43,791 nt of DNA from Macrostomum lignano. Taxonomy: Eukaryota. The translations under genes and the position numbers were made by a program. The stretch is from NCBI GenBank assembly GCA_002269645.1, contig NIVC01004505.1:1-43791 (forward strand), given 5' to 3'. The notes beneath the pieces are model-generated. The model was given only the letters and a program-made list of their open reading frames with translations, was not told the DNA's origin and did no database searches. Shown here in pieces: positions 11,926 to 23,839 of this stretch. How positions within the stretch are numbered: position 1 is the stretch's first letter; each line of letters starts with the position of its first letter.

Positions 11926-12102
11926 CAAAGTGAGGATCTGGGTGTTTAGAGTTCGGCGGCTTCAAGTCAGAGAATCCGACCATTGTGACATGAAAAAGGC
12001 CCAAATGAAACGAATAACAATTAACCATTTAGTCAGCACATTACAAGCCTGCGAATTCAGCAGCTGGTAGGTAGAATTCCTACTACCAAATCTCAAAGCG
12101 AT

Positions 12103-12621
12103 TCACTGCCATGGCAGGCTTTCCACAGGCGACTGGAACACAAAGTCCGGCGGGAACAGCGACTTGGCATGCGAGCGCATGATCTTGTAGGCTCCAGCGA
12201 TCGTGACCTCGGCTACTCCGGCAATGTCGCCGATCTCCTTCTTCTCTTTCTTGGTGTCGGAGGCCTGGCAGGCCATGTAGATGGCTGCGGCGGCCACTGA
12301 GATGGGGCTCTTGCCAGCCACTTCGTCAATTTGCATGGCCTTCTCGGCGATGTGCGTGGCGGCCTTCTGGATGGCGATGTTGAGCTCCAGGTTGGAGCAG
12401 AATCGGGACATGAAGTCCGTAGTTGAGATGCCCTTCAAGTTGGTGTCCAGGGCTTTGGTGATCTTTCGGAAGGCCTTGCCAATGTCGCGGCGGTTCGAAT
12501 GGCTCACCGAGCAGACCTCCTTGAGGGTGCGCGGCACAGCCTCCTGGCGGCAGGCCATGTACAGGCAGGCGCTGGCAATTGTCTCGTTGGCGCGGCCGCG
12601 GCACTGCTTCGAGTCGTACAC
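12103..12621 (-). CDS. GTF2B: Transcription initiation factor IIB, exon 2 (cyclin folds; total protein 310 aa)
   Basis: Acceptor CCCGCAG| at 12622; [12 protein letters not shown]...[20 protein letters not shown]...FMSRFCSNL...[14 protein letters not shown]...KEIGDIAGV; TGA at 12103-12105. Phase 0 join restores FKQ|VY as in human TFIIB. Confidence 0.96.
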   Translation of the reverse strand: MYDSKQCRGRANETIASACLYMACRQEAVPRTLKEVCSVSHSNRRDIGKAFRKITKALDTNLKGISTTDFMSRFCSNLELNIAIQKAATHIAEKAMQIDEVAGKSPISVAAAAIYMACQASDTKKEKKEIGDIAGVAEVTIAGAYKIMRSHAKSLFPPDFVFQSPVESLPWQ

Positions 12622-12624
12622 CTG

Positions 12625-13202
12625 CGGGTGGAAGGGCGATTCCTCAGTGGGTGGAAGGGCGATTCCCCAGTGGGAGGAAGGGCGATTCTCCAGTGGGAGG
12701 AAGGGCGATTCTCCAGTGGGTGGAAGGGCGATTCCCCAGTGGGTGGAAGGGCGATTCCACAGTGTGGAAGGGCGATTCTCCAGTGGGTGGAAGGGCGATT
12801 CTCCAGTGGGTGGAAGGGCGATTCTCCAGTGGGTGGAAGGGCGATTCTCCAGTGGGGGGAAGGGCGATTCTTCAGTGGGAGGAAGGGCGATTCTCCAGTG
12901 GGTGGAAGGGCGATTCTCCAGTGGGGGGAAGGGCGATTCTTCAGTGGGAGGAAGGGCGATTCTCCAATGGTTGTAAGGGCGATTCTCCAGTGGGAGGAAG
13001 GGCAATTCTCCAGTGGTTGTAAGGGCGATTCTCCAGTGGGAGGAAGGGCGATTCTCCAGTGGGTGTAAGGGCGATTCTCCAGTGGGTGTAAGGGCGATTC
13101 TCCAGTGGGTGTAAGGGCGATTCTCCAGTGAGTGGAAGGGCGATTCTTCAGTGGGAGGAAGGGCGATTCTTCAGCTGGTGGAAGGGCGATTCTCCAGTGG
13201 AT
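12625..13202. repeat. 23-bp minisatellite GTGGGTGGAAGGGCGATTCTCCA filling the TFIIB intron (12622-13225)
   Basis: About 25 units occupying all but roughly 25 nt of the 604-nt intron. Confidence 0.97.
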
Positions 13203-13225
13203 GTGACGCCAATGTTTTCACTCAC

Positions 13226-13639
13226 CTGTTTAAATATCTTATTAGCAGTGTTGACGACACTCTTGGGCAGGTTGAGCCTGTTGGCCATCTGGTCGATCTC
13301 CTTGAAGGCGCTAGTCAGGGTCCGGTCGCCTATGCTCAAATTCTTCTTATTCTTATAGACCGGCCGGCCAGTCTCCGGGTCGACTCCGTACGACTCTCGG
13401 CCAGTGTTGGCAATCCTAGTGGTGAGCTCGGTGCTCTCCAGCAAAGGATTCTCAGCAGAGCCGACTCGCGACATGTCCTTATTGCTGCCGTCATTGGCGA
13501 ACGTGCGCCACTCGGAGCCGACGTCGATAACGCGATCGCCGACAACCAGGCCGCACTGGGAGCAAACCAGGTCGCCGCAGTGATAGTCTTCGATTAGCAC
13601 CGCCTCGGGGTGGTATTTGCAGGTCACTTTACTGCTCAT
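13226..13639 (-). CDS. GTF2B: Transcription initiation factor IIB, exon 1 (138 codons)
   Basis: MSSKVTCKYHP...CSQCGLVVGDRVIDVGSEWRTF (zinc ribbon and B-reader) through ANKIFKQ; donor CAG|GTGAG at 13225. Confidence 0.96.
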
Positions 13640-14101
13640 AGTTTGTATTTATTAACGAGAAATTGTTGCTGGAATGGAAATTTCAGGACAGGGATCTCTC
13701 AAACTGGCCGATCGGCGGTTTTCTACCGACAAACAGTTCAATATGTATTTTTATCCATGAATTTTTAACATCTCAACCATTTTTATTAAGCTTGGATAAA
13801 TGAAAACTAAAACCAATTTAAATCATTCATATAGGCAGGCGCCATCATCAAAACATTCGATTTAAACTGTAGGTTTCAGTTTGTTAGAAAAAAGACAGCC
13901 AATATGTTTTGTATATATATTATTTGCAATGATCTTTAAATCATCGGCATAAATCTGTCAGATTTGCATATTAAGCCAGAGGTAAAATTGGATCCTTTAT
14001 TGAGAAATGAACTGATGTACTATTAGAAAACTTTTTGAAAAATTCATACGGTTCTCAAATACGAACCGTCACGAAAGTACATAATCGTGGCTGTACGAGA
14101 C

Positions 14102-14461
14102 TCAAAAGTTAAATTCCTGACAGTCGTACTGCACAACACGAAAGCTTTCAGCGGCACCACTTTGCTCGCTGCCCTCATCTGGCGTTACAGGGTGCACCGA
14201 AGCAGGCCCTTCAGTCCCGTCTGCAGCCACCGACACTTGCGACAAAAACAAGGTGAGCAGACTACGCGTCACGCTTCGACTACGGCGAAGGCGTCGATGA
14301 CCGGCCTCCTCCAGCTGGTGCCGGGTGCGTGCGTCCAGCTCGACAATCAATGTTGAATCGACATCGACTTCCTCGTCTGGATGATTGCACTCGGAGTTCT
14401 GGCTCTGTTGCTGGCTATGTCTACGAGCGGTGAGCATTGCCGAATCGAGCTGGGCAAGCAC
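14102..14461 (-). CDS. Probable terminal exon of an unidentified gene
   Basis: Acceptor ATCAG| at 14462; 119 open codons with GC-rich codon usage; joins in phase 0 to the exon ending at 15656 (EERL|VLAQL). No family recognised. Confidence 0.55.
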   Translation of the reverse strand: MLAQLDSAMLTARRHSQQQSQNSECNHPDEEVDVDSTLIVELDARTRHQLEEAGHRRLRRSRSVTRSLLTLFLSQVSVAADGTEGPASVHPVTPDEGSEQSGAAESFRVVQYDCQEFNF

Positions 14462-14639
14462 CTGATTAATTTTTTATTGTAGGATAGCATTGGTAAGTAC
14501 CAAGTACCGAGTGTAGGCTAAGATAGATAGAATACCAACATCGCGTCTTCCTTGTTTATTCGTTGAGTTCTCGCAAAATAAAATTCAAAAAAGTTATTGT
14601 AAGTAGCTTTAATCCACGGTGCCCTAAGATAGACTTTAG

Positions 14640-15430
14640 AATAAGGCATCGGGATCTTCAAGAAAGTGCTATTAGGATCTTTATTTGGCCTCAAGATCTT
14701 TTAGGATGTGGCATTAGGATCATACATGCGCAACACCCGGCGCGAGGGGCCCAGCCAAGGTAAGTCGCAAAAACGCCCACCTGAAAGAATACACAGGCGT
14801 AGTACTAATTAAATGACGAAGCATTTAGCCTTAATAAGACAGTCATAGTTACTCCTGCCGTTTACCCAGAATTGCGTTAATTTTTAATTTCTTTAGGGTT
14901 TCTTTCACAGGTAAGTGGCATTTTGGGTCAAAAAGTAAGACGCACCAGTGTAAATCAGGGGGGGTTGCGCATGTATGAATAGGATTTTTATATGATATGA
15001 TTATGATTAGGCCTCACTATCTTTTAGTAAAGTGGCATTAGGATCTTTATTTGGACTCGAGATCTTTTAGTAAAGTGGCATTAGGATCTTTATTTGGACT
15101 CGAGATCTTTTAGAAACGTGCCATTAGGATCTTTATTTGGCCTCAGTATCTTTTAGAAACGTGGCATTAGGATCTTTATTTGGACTCGAGATCTTTTAGA
15201 AACGTGCCATTAGGATCTTTATTTGGACTCGAGATCTTTTAGAAACGTGGCATTAGGATCTTTATTTTGACTCGAGATCTTTTAGAAACGTGCCATTAGG
15301 ATCTTTATTTTGACTCGAGATCTTTTAGAAACGTGCCATTAGGATCTTTATTTGGCCTCAGTATCTTTTAGGAACGTGGCATTAGGATCTTTATTTGGCC
15401 TCAAGATCTTTTAGGATGTGGCATTAGGAT
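14640..15430. repeat. 43-bp minisatellite GTGGCATTAGGATCTTTATTTGGACTCGAGATCTTTTAGAAAC, interrupted by a MITE
   Basis: About 10 units, best conserved at 15030-15430; lies in the intron 14462-15655. Confidence 0.9.
14721..14977. mobile_element. hAT-type MITE, copy 1
   Basis: TIRs CATACATGCGCAAC...GTTGCGCATGTATG; 8-bp flanks ATTAGGAT/AATAGGAT (one mismatch). Confidence 0.8.
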
Positions 15431-15655
15431 CGCTTATGATGTGGCTTTAGGATGTTTTGGTATGCGACCTCAAAATCTATTAAGGCATCGGGATCTTTAA
15501 AGACGTGCTTTTTAGGATCTCTGATGATTTGATATGGCTTCAGAATATTTTTTAGAGTTGGCACTCTATCTTTAGATCTTTATTCTTTGGTTAGTACTGC
15601 TTTAACTCCGTTGAGTCAATTTTTATTGCATTGAAGACGGACAAAGAAATCTCAC

Positions 15656-15823
15656 CAATCTCTCCTCGGCAGACAGATCCTCATTATTGTTATTATTATT
15701 TCTACTAAGACAGCGGTCACTGCCACCGCTAGTCGATGACTGGCACGAGGGGGCCGCAGGACAATCAGCATTTGACAGCGACGTGGACGACGATGCAAGC
15801 ATTGTCGAATGCTCGAAAAACAT
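15656..15823 (-). CDS. Probable penultimate exon of the same unidentified gene (5' boundary uncertain)
   Basis: Ser/Asn-rich open frame ending ...EDLSAEERL with donor TTG|GTGAG at 15655. Confidence 0.45.
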
Positions 15824-17239
15824 TGAAGTGACGTGTCAAATAAAAGTCAGTTTTTTTAGCTTTGTTCTTTTGACGACTGACTATGATGCAAGTAGACTGG
15901 CGGATAGGAGACTTTGCACACCGTTATATATTAGTGACTTTCCAAGGTAAATTTTATTGTTTAACTCAACTAGGTGAGCAAAAGGTCACAGACGTACTAC
16001 TCGTACATAGTCATCTGCCATCCAGCCGTCAACGTGTCGTCAGCTTCTGTCTCACACGCACTAAACAGTTGCCAGCCATACTAAAAAAACTGCCTCAAGC
16101 TTAACGGCCTTCTGCTTTTGCAGCAGTGACTGAGGCTTTGTGTGCCGAGTGCTGGCGCCTTTGTGTGAGCAGGCAATAAACATGGCGCCGCCAAAAATAC
16201 AGACTCGCTCTAATTAGCTAGCCAGGTATGGCAATGAAATTCGAGGCACCGTAGTATTAGCTGAATCAAATTAATAAGTTCGAGTTCTCATACACTACAG
16301 CCAGTTTCCACGCTCAAATGGATTGTGTAGCTGAGCAGCTTCTGTTTTCCCTAAACGAGTAGATAGCAACTACTTTACGCGTCTTATACTACTAATAGTA
16401 TTTGACAGAGCTGTAACCAGTTAAAACCAAAAAGAATGTCGGAATATTTAACTTTTACTACTAATAACACAAGAATGCAGCTTTGTGCAAGATCTAGGAA
16501 CCAAAAAATGTTGGAGCCCTTATCATCAACATACATATACAACTACTAGCCAACCCAGCCAATCTGGCCAGTGTAAATTGTGAGAGCAAGGATAGGTTGC
16601 AAAATTGACCACTTTTGGCGACTTCTGACAAATGTTTAGGCGATTTTTTAAAACTTATTTGACAAAAATTGACAACAAATCTTCGTTTTCTTTTGGATAA
16701 GTTTAAACCTAAGTTACATTTTAGTAAAAACTAAGTTGTATGGCCAGTGTAATTTTAGAAGTTGCACATGTATGACCATTATAATAGCATTTTGCTGTCA
16801 TTTTAAGCTATGACAAGAGTGGCAGAATGCAACAATTGAGGCAACTACTGTTTGCTGGTCATCAAAGACCTAATCTTACAAGCATTCAACTTAGTCCTTG
16901 TTCTTTTGGAAGCTGCTTAAGGCTTACAATCATTCTTCTATGAATGATTACTTCTGACACAAGAATGCAACTTGGGGCAAATGGCAGAAATAGAAGCCAA
17001 TGCTAGAGCCATTTCTTTATTATTCTTCATGTAGTACAGCAATTATTCTATAATTTTGTGGGTAGACAATAGTCATAGTCGGAATATGGCCCACAAAACA
17101 ATTGATAATAACATACATATCATAACAAAGTTTAGCTTTTCCAATTAATAATCACTATCTTTTACCACAATAAAACTGAATGGTTATAAGTGATTTTGGA
17201 TTAATATTATTGCAATTTTGCTATCACAAATAGGTATTC

Positions 17240-17480
17240 AAGATTCAAGACACAAAGGGCATTAGCCAAGAAATTTGAAAAAGGATTATAAATGCTTATT
17301 TTTAATGTTTCTTTCAATCCAAGCATTATTAAGGTCAAAGGTTCATAGCTTACTCTTTGATAGACATCATACTCAAGGCAATTTCTTGGATTCTAAGCCT
17401 AGATTTATTAATTAGCCAATTGTTTTGATGACTAATACTTCTGAATACAAATTAGCTAAATGCCTTTCACAAATAGTCCC
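17240..17480 (+). pseudogene. Penelope-like reverse transcriptase relic
   Basis: HKG...KKDY and KPRFIN*PIVLMTNTSEYKLAKCLSQIVP resemble the PLE motifs DKG...Y and PR...RPIVS...Y.LAK.L; heavily decayed. Confidence 0.4.
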
Positions 17481-17714
17481 TCACAATTGGCCATTGTATT
17501 GACGATTGATCATGTGTATTAAATTGAATTGTATTGAATGTAATTCAAGTATTGGAGACTATAACCCTCTAATCTGGACAATGCCTAGGACTAAAAAGAT
17601 TATAGATGCAGTATATATACCAGTAGAGTACATACCACTCAGGACAGATTTACATTGAATGCTACTAGTATAGAATAGGAACACTACCAATAAAGGACAA
17701 CAAATATGCAGATA

Positions 17715-19065
17715 TACTTCGCCTGTCCGGAAAGTCGTGAGAATGTGTCAGTCAAGCAAGAAAGCAGCAAGCTGATGACATGGCACACATAAAATTTCAA
17801 TAATAGACTTATATATGTCTATGGTGAAAATTTTTGTTATTCTAGCAGCAAAATTGGGGGCAGGGGCGAGCTCAGCATAAAGTGCTCAATAACCAATGCA
17901 ACGCGGTGATCAAGCTTGAAAAATTTAATAGCGAGTTCGTCAAAATGGAAGATTTCCAGGCTTATACCTATGCTAGATACCGTCTTGGAATCTCTGCTAT
18001 TAGTTGTTATGACGAACTACTTAAAGTTTATGGAGATGCCGCACCAGGTCAGTCAACGGTTTACAGATGGTACTCAAAGTTCCGTGATGAAGCATTCCCC
18101 CTGGCCTCAGCTCCTCGGACTGGCCGGCCACGGTCAACAAGGACAACGGAACTGATCGAAACCTGCCGAGCTCTCGTTGAAGAGGATTCAAAAGTTAGTG
18201 TCCGAGACCTCGCCGACTTTTTGGAAGTTGGAAAAACAACAGTGCACGAAATTTCGACCGAGGATTTGCACATTCGAAACGTTTCTGCCGTCTGGGTTCC
18301 TCATGCTCTATCCGAGGAGAACAAGACTGCTCGCATCAATTGTGCCAAGCAAATTCGCAGGCTTTTTTACAACGAGGGCATGGAAAACTTTTGCGACAAG
18401 TATGTGGTGGAAGATGAGACGTGGGTGTACCTGAACAACACTGGCACAAAGCAAAACAACAGGTGCTGGCTTGGCCAAGGAGATCATCGGCCCCAGGTTG
18501 TCAGGCACTCGGTCGGGAATGCAAAGACAATGCTTCTGGTTGCTTTCACTCCAAACAAGCGCTTGGGGCCAAACAGCCCCGAAGCAAACTGTTGATGCAG
18601 ATGGCATAGTTAAGTTCATTCGGCACACCGGAGACCTATGGCGTACTCTGAGGTCAAAGCCAATTCACCTGTTGGATGTTCTTTGGCAGTGGGACAATGC
18701 GCGACCTCACGTAGCCCGTTCTGTGCAGCAGTACATGGAGTCCCGTGGAGTTCAGCTGGTGTTTCAGAGTCCTTACAGCCCGGACTTCAATCTGTGCGAC
18801 CGTTTTTTGTTCAGTTGGATGAAGAATGATTTCTCCAGGCGAGTATTCAGCGACCACAATGAAGTTCGAGAAGCTGCGTTGCAGTGGGCAAGAGGCCTTG
18901 ACGAAGATTGTTTAAAAAGAGAGGTTCAGCGACTCATTGACCATTGCCAAGCTGTAATAAATGCAAGGGGAGATTACATTACCAACTAGTGCTGTTATTG
19001 TGTTTTTTGATAGTTCTGACTGATTTTTTAAATACATTCTCGCGACTTTCCGGACAGCCGAAGTA
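17715..19065 (+). mobile_element. Full-length mariner (DD34D) element, 1351 bp
   Basis: 32-bp TIRs TACTTCG(C/G)CTGTCCGGAAAGTCG(T/C)GAGAATGT with 2 mismatches; TA on both flanks. Confidence 0.95.
17945..18989 (+). pseudogene. Mariner transposase with one frameshift near 18560
   Basis: HTH (STVYRWYSKF), WVPHAL, EDETWV, WDNARPH, SPYSPDFNLCD; 34 residues between the second and third Asp; split over ORFs 17882..18595 and 18471..18989. Confidence 0.93.
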
Positions 19066-19399
19066 TACTCAACAGATACTCAGATATACTCAAACATATA
19101 CTCAGACAATTACTTACTTTACATACATACTAAGAAAAATATATAAACTAATTTTAATAAACTTTGGTGGCTTAGCAATGGGATTATCAAGGAGATAGAA
19201 CTACAAACCCCTAGCATAGCTTGGTGTCAACAGTGAGATTATTAGAAGTAGAACAAACTTCTATGACACTATATTGTTTCATTTTTTCTGAAATAAAAAT
19301 TGCTTTAAAATTGGCTATTTTAAAAACATCTTACAATTATAAGAAATATTTTTGTTTTAATATTATTTAAAAGCAATGTTATCAATATAGAGGCCTAAT

Positions 19400-19980
19400 A
19401 AAATGCTTTAATATGAGATAGGTCTCTTTATTTTATGCAAAAATTAAAATAAAACTTGTGTTCAGCCTTGAAGCAATCATTATTATGCAATTAAGAAAAG
19501 TTAATAGTGAGTTCCAAAGAAATATCTTAAAGTATTTTCCTAAAGAAGAAGACCTTAAAGAAGACCTTAAGTATCTTAAAGAAGACCAAAGTAAAAAGAA
19601 AGAATACAAAGTAGATCCACAATAATACACATAGAACAGAGGCTGTGACCCTTTAATCTTAGTAATGCCTAGGACTAGAGGTAATATTTGAAGTATATAT
19701 ACTAGTAGTAATAAAATTAATATACCACCACTTAGGCTAGATTTATAAATAATGCTACCAGAACTAATAAGAATGCTATTAGTAGAATAATAAGTACCAT
19801 CAATAAAGAGATAGGACTTACTTAGAATTATACTCAGACTTTTATTGAGAACAATACTAAGACTAATACTTGGACAGATTCTCAAACCATTACTTAGATA
19901 TATACTAAGAATAATTCATAGACCAATTTTAAGAAAGTATAGAATTAGCCTAGGATAACTTTGGTGGCATTAGTAGGATC
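19400..19980 (+). mobile_element. LTR family copy B (hypermutated) with PBS-like end
   Basis: 19642-19676 aligns to the reverse complement of 21588-21622; CCACTTAGGCTAG; AACTTTGGTGGCATTAGTAGGAT. Left boundary approximate. Confidence 0.55.
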
Positions 19981-21373
19981 ATAAAGAGAGAAATATAGCC
20001 CTAGGACAAATTGGTAACAATAGTAAAACCAATTATAATTTTAAAGGGAAGAACTTTCCCTTGGAACAATTTGGTGTTAGCTTTCAAGGTATTTACAGAG
20101 ACAGAAGCATTAGGCTATAATAGCAAAAAAGCTTAGAATGCCCACTTGATTGTACCTAAGGCCAACTTAACTGTAAGGCTAATGAAATTTGAAATTTGCA
20201 ATACTTACATTACTATCTATGACTATAAGCCAATACTAATAATGATAGCCAACACAATGTTAACAATTTGCTATTTAGCCATATATAGGATTTTATAAAA
20301 TTTTCAAGCTTGCAAACAATGCTTTGAAACTTCTTTTAACTATATAGCCAATCATAGCCTACACTTTATAGACCCTAACAACTTTGAACTTCATAATCCA
20401 CACTAATATCATTGAGGATAAGAGGTCTTACTTAGGCCCATGTCAAGGCCATGCATAGCATGCACTTTTAATATTCTTATTGAAAGCTATCTAAATGAAT
20501 ATCTATGATGCCAACTCTTTCTAGGAAATGGGTTTAGCAACTTTCTATATTGGCTACAAAATATTACTATTGATTTCTAACTATAACAATATACTTACCT
20601 AACATTTATCAAAATTTTTGTCTGATATTGATAAGTTAATTAAAAAACAATAATTTAATACTACAAAGTAGATTGCAAAATTGCCTATTACTATTATTAT
20701 ATTCTATATCAAAGGCTACTAATATGCAGTGTAACGACAGCACATTTTAAAAATGATTGAGCAGGACAATTTTTTTGGGCAGCAATATTAGGCATTGCTT
20801 TTTGGAAACAAAATTGTATCATATAAAATAATTAACAAACAGAAAACAAAAAAAATACATTTTCAGTCATAAAAACTTTAAAAAAACTTTTTTTGAATCC
20901 AGTGATATTTTATTTTTAACTTAGACAATAGCCCTGTGACACTGACACAATTTTTATACATTTCTAAATTCTAGACTTCCCACTTCACTGCGCCAGTTTC
21001 AAATCATATTCAAATAAAATCATTTGGTCAAATCATATCTTAAATCATGTCTTACCTTAAATTATATAGATGTTAAGTTTTTACTTATATTATCAACTAG
21101 CAATTCACTTCTTTTTCTTTGCAGCTGGCATTTTTTTAACTTGGCTACTTTGGCACTTCCACAGTTGTTGATCTTGTTGATCCACCTTTTAAAGCATCTC
21201 CTTTGCTACTTTTCTCATTTCATCAATTACCTTTTACTTAGCAGCTTTGTCCTTTTGTTTTTTTGTCTTTTCCCATTCCTTGGCCTTCTGACGCTGCATA
21301 TTTAGCTTTTTTAAAGGCAGTTCATTACTTCTTCATGCTCCTGTCGTAGGGCTCTTAATTATTCCTTTTGCTA

Positions 21374-21947
21374 GCCTTACTAGCTGCCACCAAAGTTGTA
21401 ATAAAGCTATTTCTCCTTAATAATTCTACTGGTTATTAATTGTCTTTCTACTGGTAGCGCATGTACTTCTATCGGTAGTGCATGTACTTCTATCGGTAGC
21501 GTATGTACTTCTATTGTACTTTCTAGCCTGAGCGGTCTAATAGCACTGTCTATTCTATTCCTATGCTTCCCCTAATATTATTCTCTCAGTCCTGGGCGTT
21601 CCCTAGATCAGAGGGTCACAGCTTATGCTCTTTCTCTGCCCTGAGGCGATCTTCTCTCGTTATGAGGCAGTTCTCCTGCCCTGAGGCGAATTTACAATTT
21701 ACTGCCCTGAGGCGGTTTCTCGCTTGTAGCAGTTTCTGATACTCCCAATTGGGGTTCTTATACTCTAAGAAATGATTAAGTCTTTAAGCGATTTCAATAT
21801 TTAGAACGAACTAAATTTGCTTATCGAAAACCGAGAGGTAGCAAACGGTTGCTTCCTCAAGTCTGCTCAGCGTGTCTATTTATACCCAAAATTCGTTATA
21901 GTTTAAACAAAATAATAATTGCAGAAATATTTTTGCAAACCACAACA
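21374..21947 (-). mobile_element. LTR family copy C (least mutated): TG...ACA LTR followed by a tRNA-Leu-like PBS
   Basis: Minus strand starts TGTTGTGG at 21947, has TATAAATA at 21877-21884, three GCCTCAGGGCAG motifs and 24-bp x3 repeats, and ends TTATTACA at 21397, followed by ACTTTGGTGGCAGCTAGTAAGG. Confidence 0.6.
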
Positions 21948-22099
21948 TTCAAACAAATATTTCGCGCAGATTTGAATAAAGGTTTTTCTAAGAAAGGCAA
22001 ACATAAAACGAGTAAAATTTAAAAGTATTAGAGTTATTATTAATGCCTGTCTCACTCCTTTGCCTTAGCCCTTAGCAGATGCTTTGGCATTTGCATGGG

Positions 22100-23250
22100 C
22101 ATTGAAGCTGAGGACCCATAGCAAGCAGTCAATGCAAAAATTGGATGACTCTTTTCCAAAGGCCTTTAGCCAAGACTTGATAAACAAGACAGTCTAGTGT
22201 ATAATTGGCCAACTGGTTTCGCTGCTTTGTAAAATTGTTAGCAATCCATTTGATGACCTGCTCATTGTTGGCATTTCTATGCAGTAGACTGTAGGCCTAC
22301 GCAGCACAACCAAGCTAGGCTAGCAGTGGAAATTCCTCACATGGCAATGTGGCCTAGAACTTCTCCAGTTCTTTGACTCTAGCAAGCTCCTCAAATAAAA
22401 TGACATACAACTTAATGACCTCTAGTCATAGGTTGTCTAGACGAGCAGGTTCAATTACAGTTAGCATAGGCCTAGGCTTAGGCCTAGCCTTAGCAATCAG
22501 GATGACCATCTTTTCCAAATTCAATTGGTGGTTTCTTCTAAGTTTTTGAGATAGTGACATTTATTAGTGTATTTAAAAAATTTGCGCAATTAAGCAGAAA
22601 AATAAAAATACTAAAATAGTACAAAATAGGCCCTATTAAAATAGTGCAGGTAGGCCTATGGTCAGAATGTTAATAGTATGCCAGGGCAAGGCTAGGCCTA
22701 TCCTATAGAATAATTTGTTAAATTAGGCCCTAGGTCTATTTTTCACTTGAATTCAATTCCTTTCTATTTTTAGAGTCCAAAAGTATGAAAATAAAAAAAT
22801 AATTTAATAAACAATTTTATCTATAGGGTAGCAGCAATAGGCATAGTCTAATTTTGTCCTTTATTTAATTTTTCTTGAAATTTCTCATTATTTTTATTTA
22901 TATTTATCTATTCCAATGTTTGCCTTTGGCTTAGGCCTAGCCTTTAGGCTTAAGTTGCTCAGGGGCCTAGCTAGTGCATATATAGGCCTATGAAATGGTG
23001 CAATAATTGAAAATATAGACTTAGTGAAAAAATAGGCTTAGCAGTTCAACTTCAAGTCAAATGGATTCTTTTAAAGTTTAAGATGTGCTAGTTTTGTCAT
23101 CTAGGCCCAAGTTTCTGTGAAACTGCCAGAAGGCCTAGGGCCTAGGCTATCACAGTTGCATTAATGAACCATAGGCCAAAGGGCCTAGCTAGTCCCTACT
23201 AGCCACAAGCAAGCCTAAGCCAGCCATGGAATATTGGCATGGGCATAAGG
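22100..23250 (-). pseudogene. Decayed hAT transposase (C-terminal dimerisation domain recognisable)
   Basis: EKF*ATLPCEEFPLLA*LGCAA*AYSLLHRNANNEQVIKWIANNFTKQRNQLANYTLDCLV matches the hAT pattern W...FP.L..LA...S....ER.FS...K.RN.L...TL. The extension to 23250 is weaker. Confidence 0.6.
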
Positions 23251-23839
23251 ATTTATGATAAAACAGTCTCTGCAGTGTTTAGACTTTAGACCCTAGACGC
23301 ACTAATGCGGGCAAAATCCGAATTTCACAGTTCAATTCAGTCTGAGTGGTATTTGGTTTAAGGTAGCCTGCTACATTGGCTGAAAGTAGACCTATATATA
23401 ATATTATGGCAAGTCCAATTGCGCAACGTCACCTTTTAAATAATGATGTTACTATATATTATTAAACAGCTGCAATTACGTCTACCATACAGCACAATAT
23501 TGCTAATAGTGTATATTAACACACTTTTAAAAGTAATAACAGCAGAGGTTGTATTATAAAGTTTTAAAATTTGTTTAAATTTACTTTTGATTAAAATGAT
23601 TCGAATGCAGAAATATATATATACATACCGTGCAACAAGCAAAAAAGAATACTAAGAAGACAAAGCTTTGTACTTCAGGCCAACTGTGAATCAAGGACTC
23701 GGACTACTCAATTAGAAAGACGGAAAACCGTCGTTTCTTGGAAAATTTAAGAAAGCAGGTTTTTTCCATCTTTTCCACTTTTCATTCCTGGTTCTGTTTG
23801 TCTGGCCGTGTTTTCTGGGAGGTCATCCCGCATTGCATG

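Larger units (their letters stand above)
17540..19185 (+). mobile_element. LTR family copy A (hypermutated), split by the mariner insertion, ending in a PBS-like sequence
   Basis: 17558-17592 aligns without gaps to the reverse complement of 21588-21622; ACCACTCAGG motif; AACTTTGGTGGC...ATGGGAT at about 19160-19185. Confidence 0.55.

Noticed and set aside
12281-13597. Plus-strand ORFs of 147-231 aa
   Set aside because: Antisense shadows of TFIIB exons and the intronic repeat.
20005-20430. Possible Merlin/ISXO2 transposase relic (NHSLHFIDP...HTNIIE)
   Set aside because: The motifs lie in different frames, spacing to the putative upstream motifs is too long, and the sequence just upstream is explained by the LTR family. 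A profile search would be needed.
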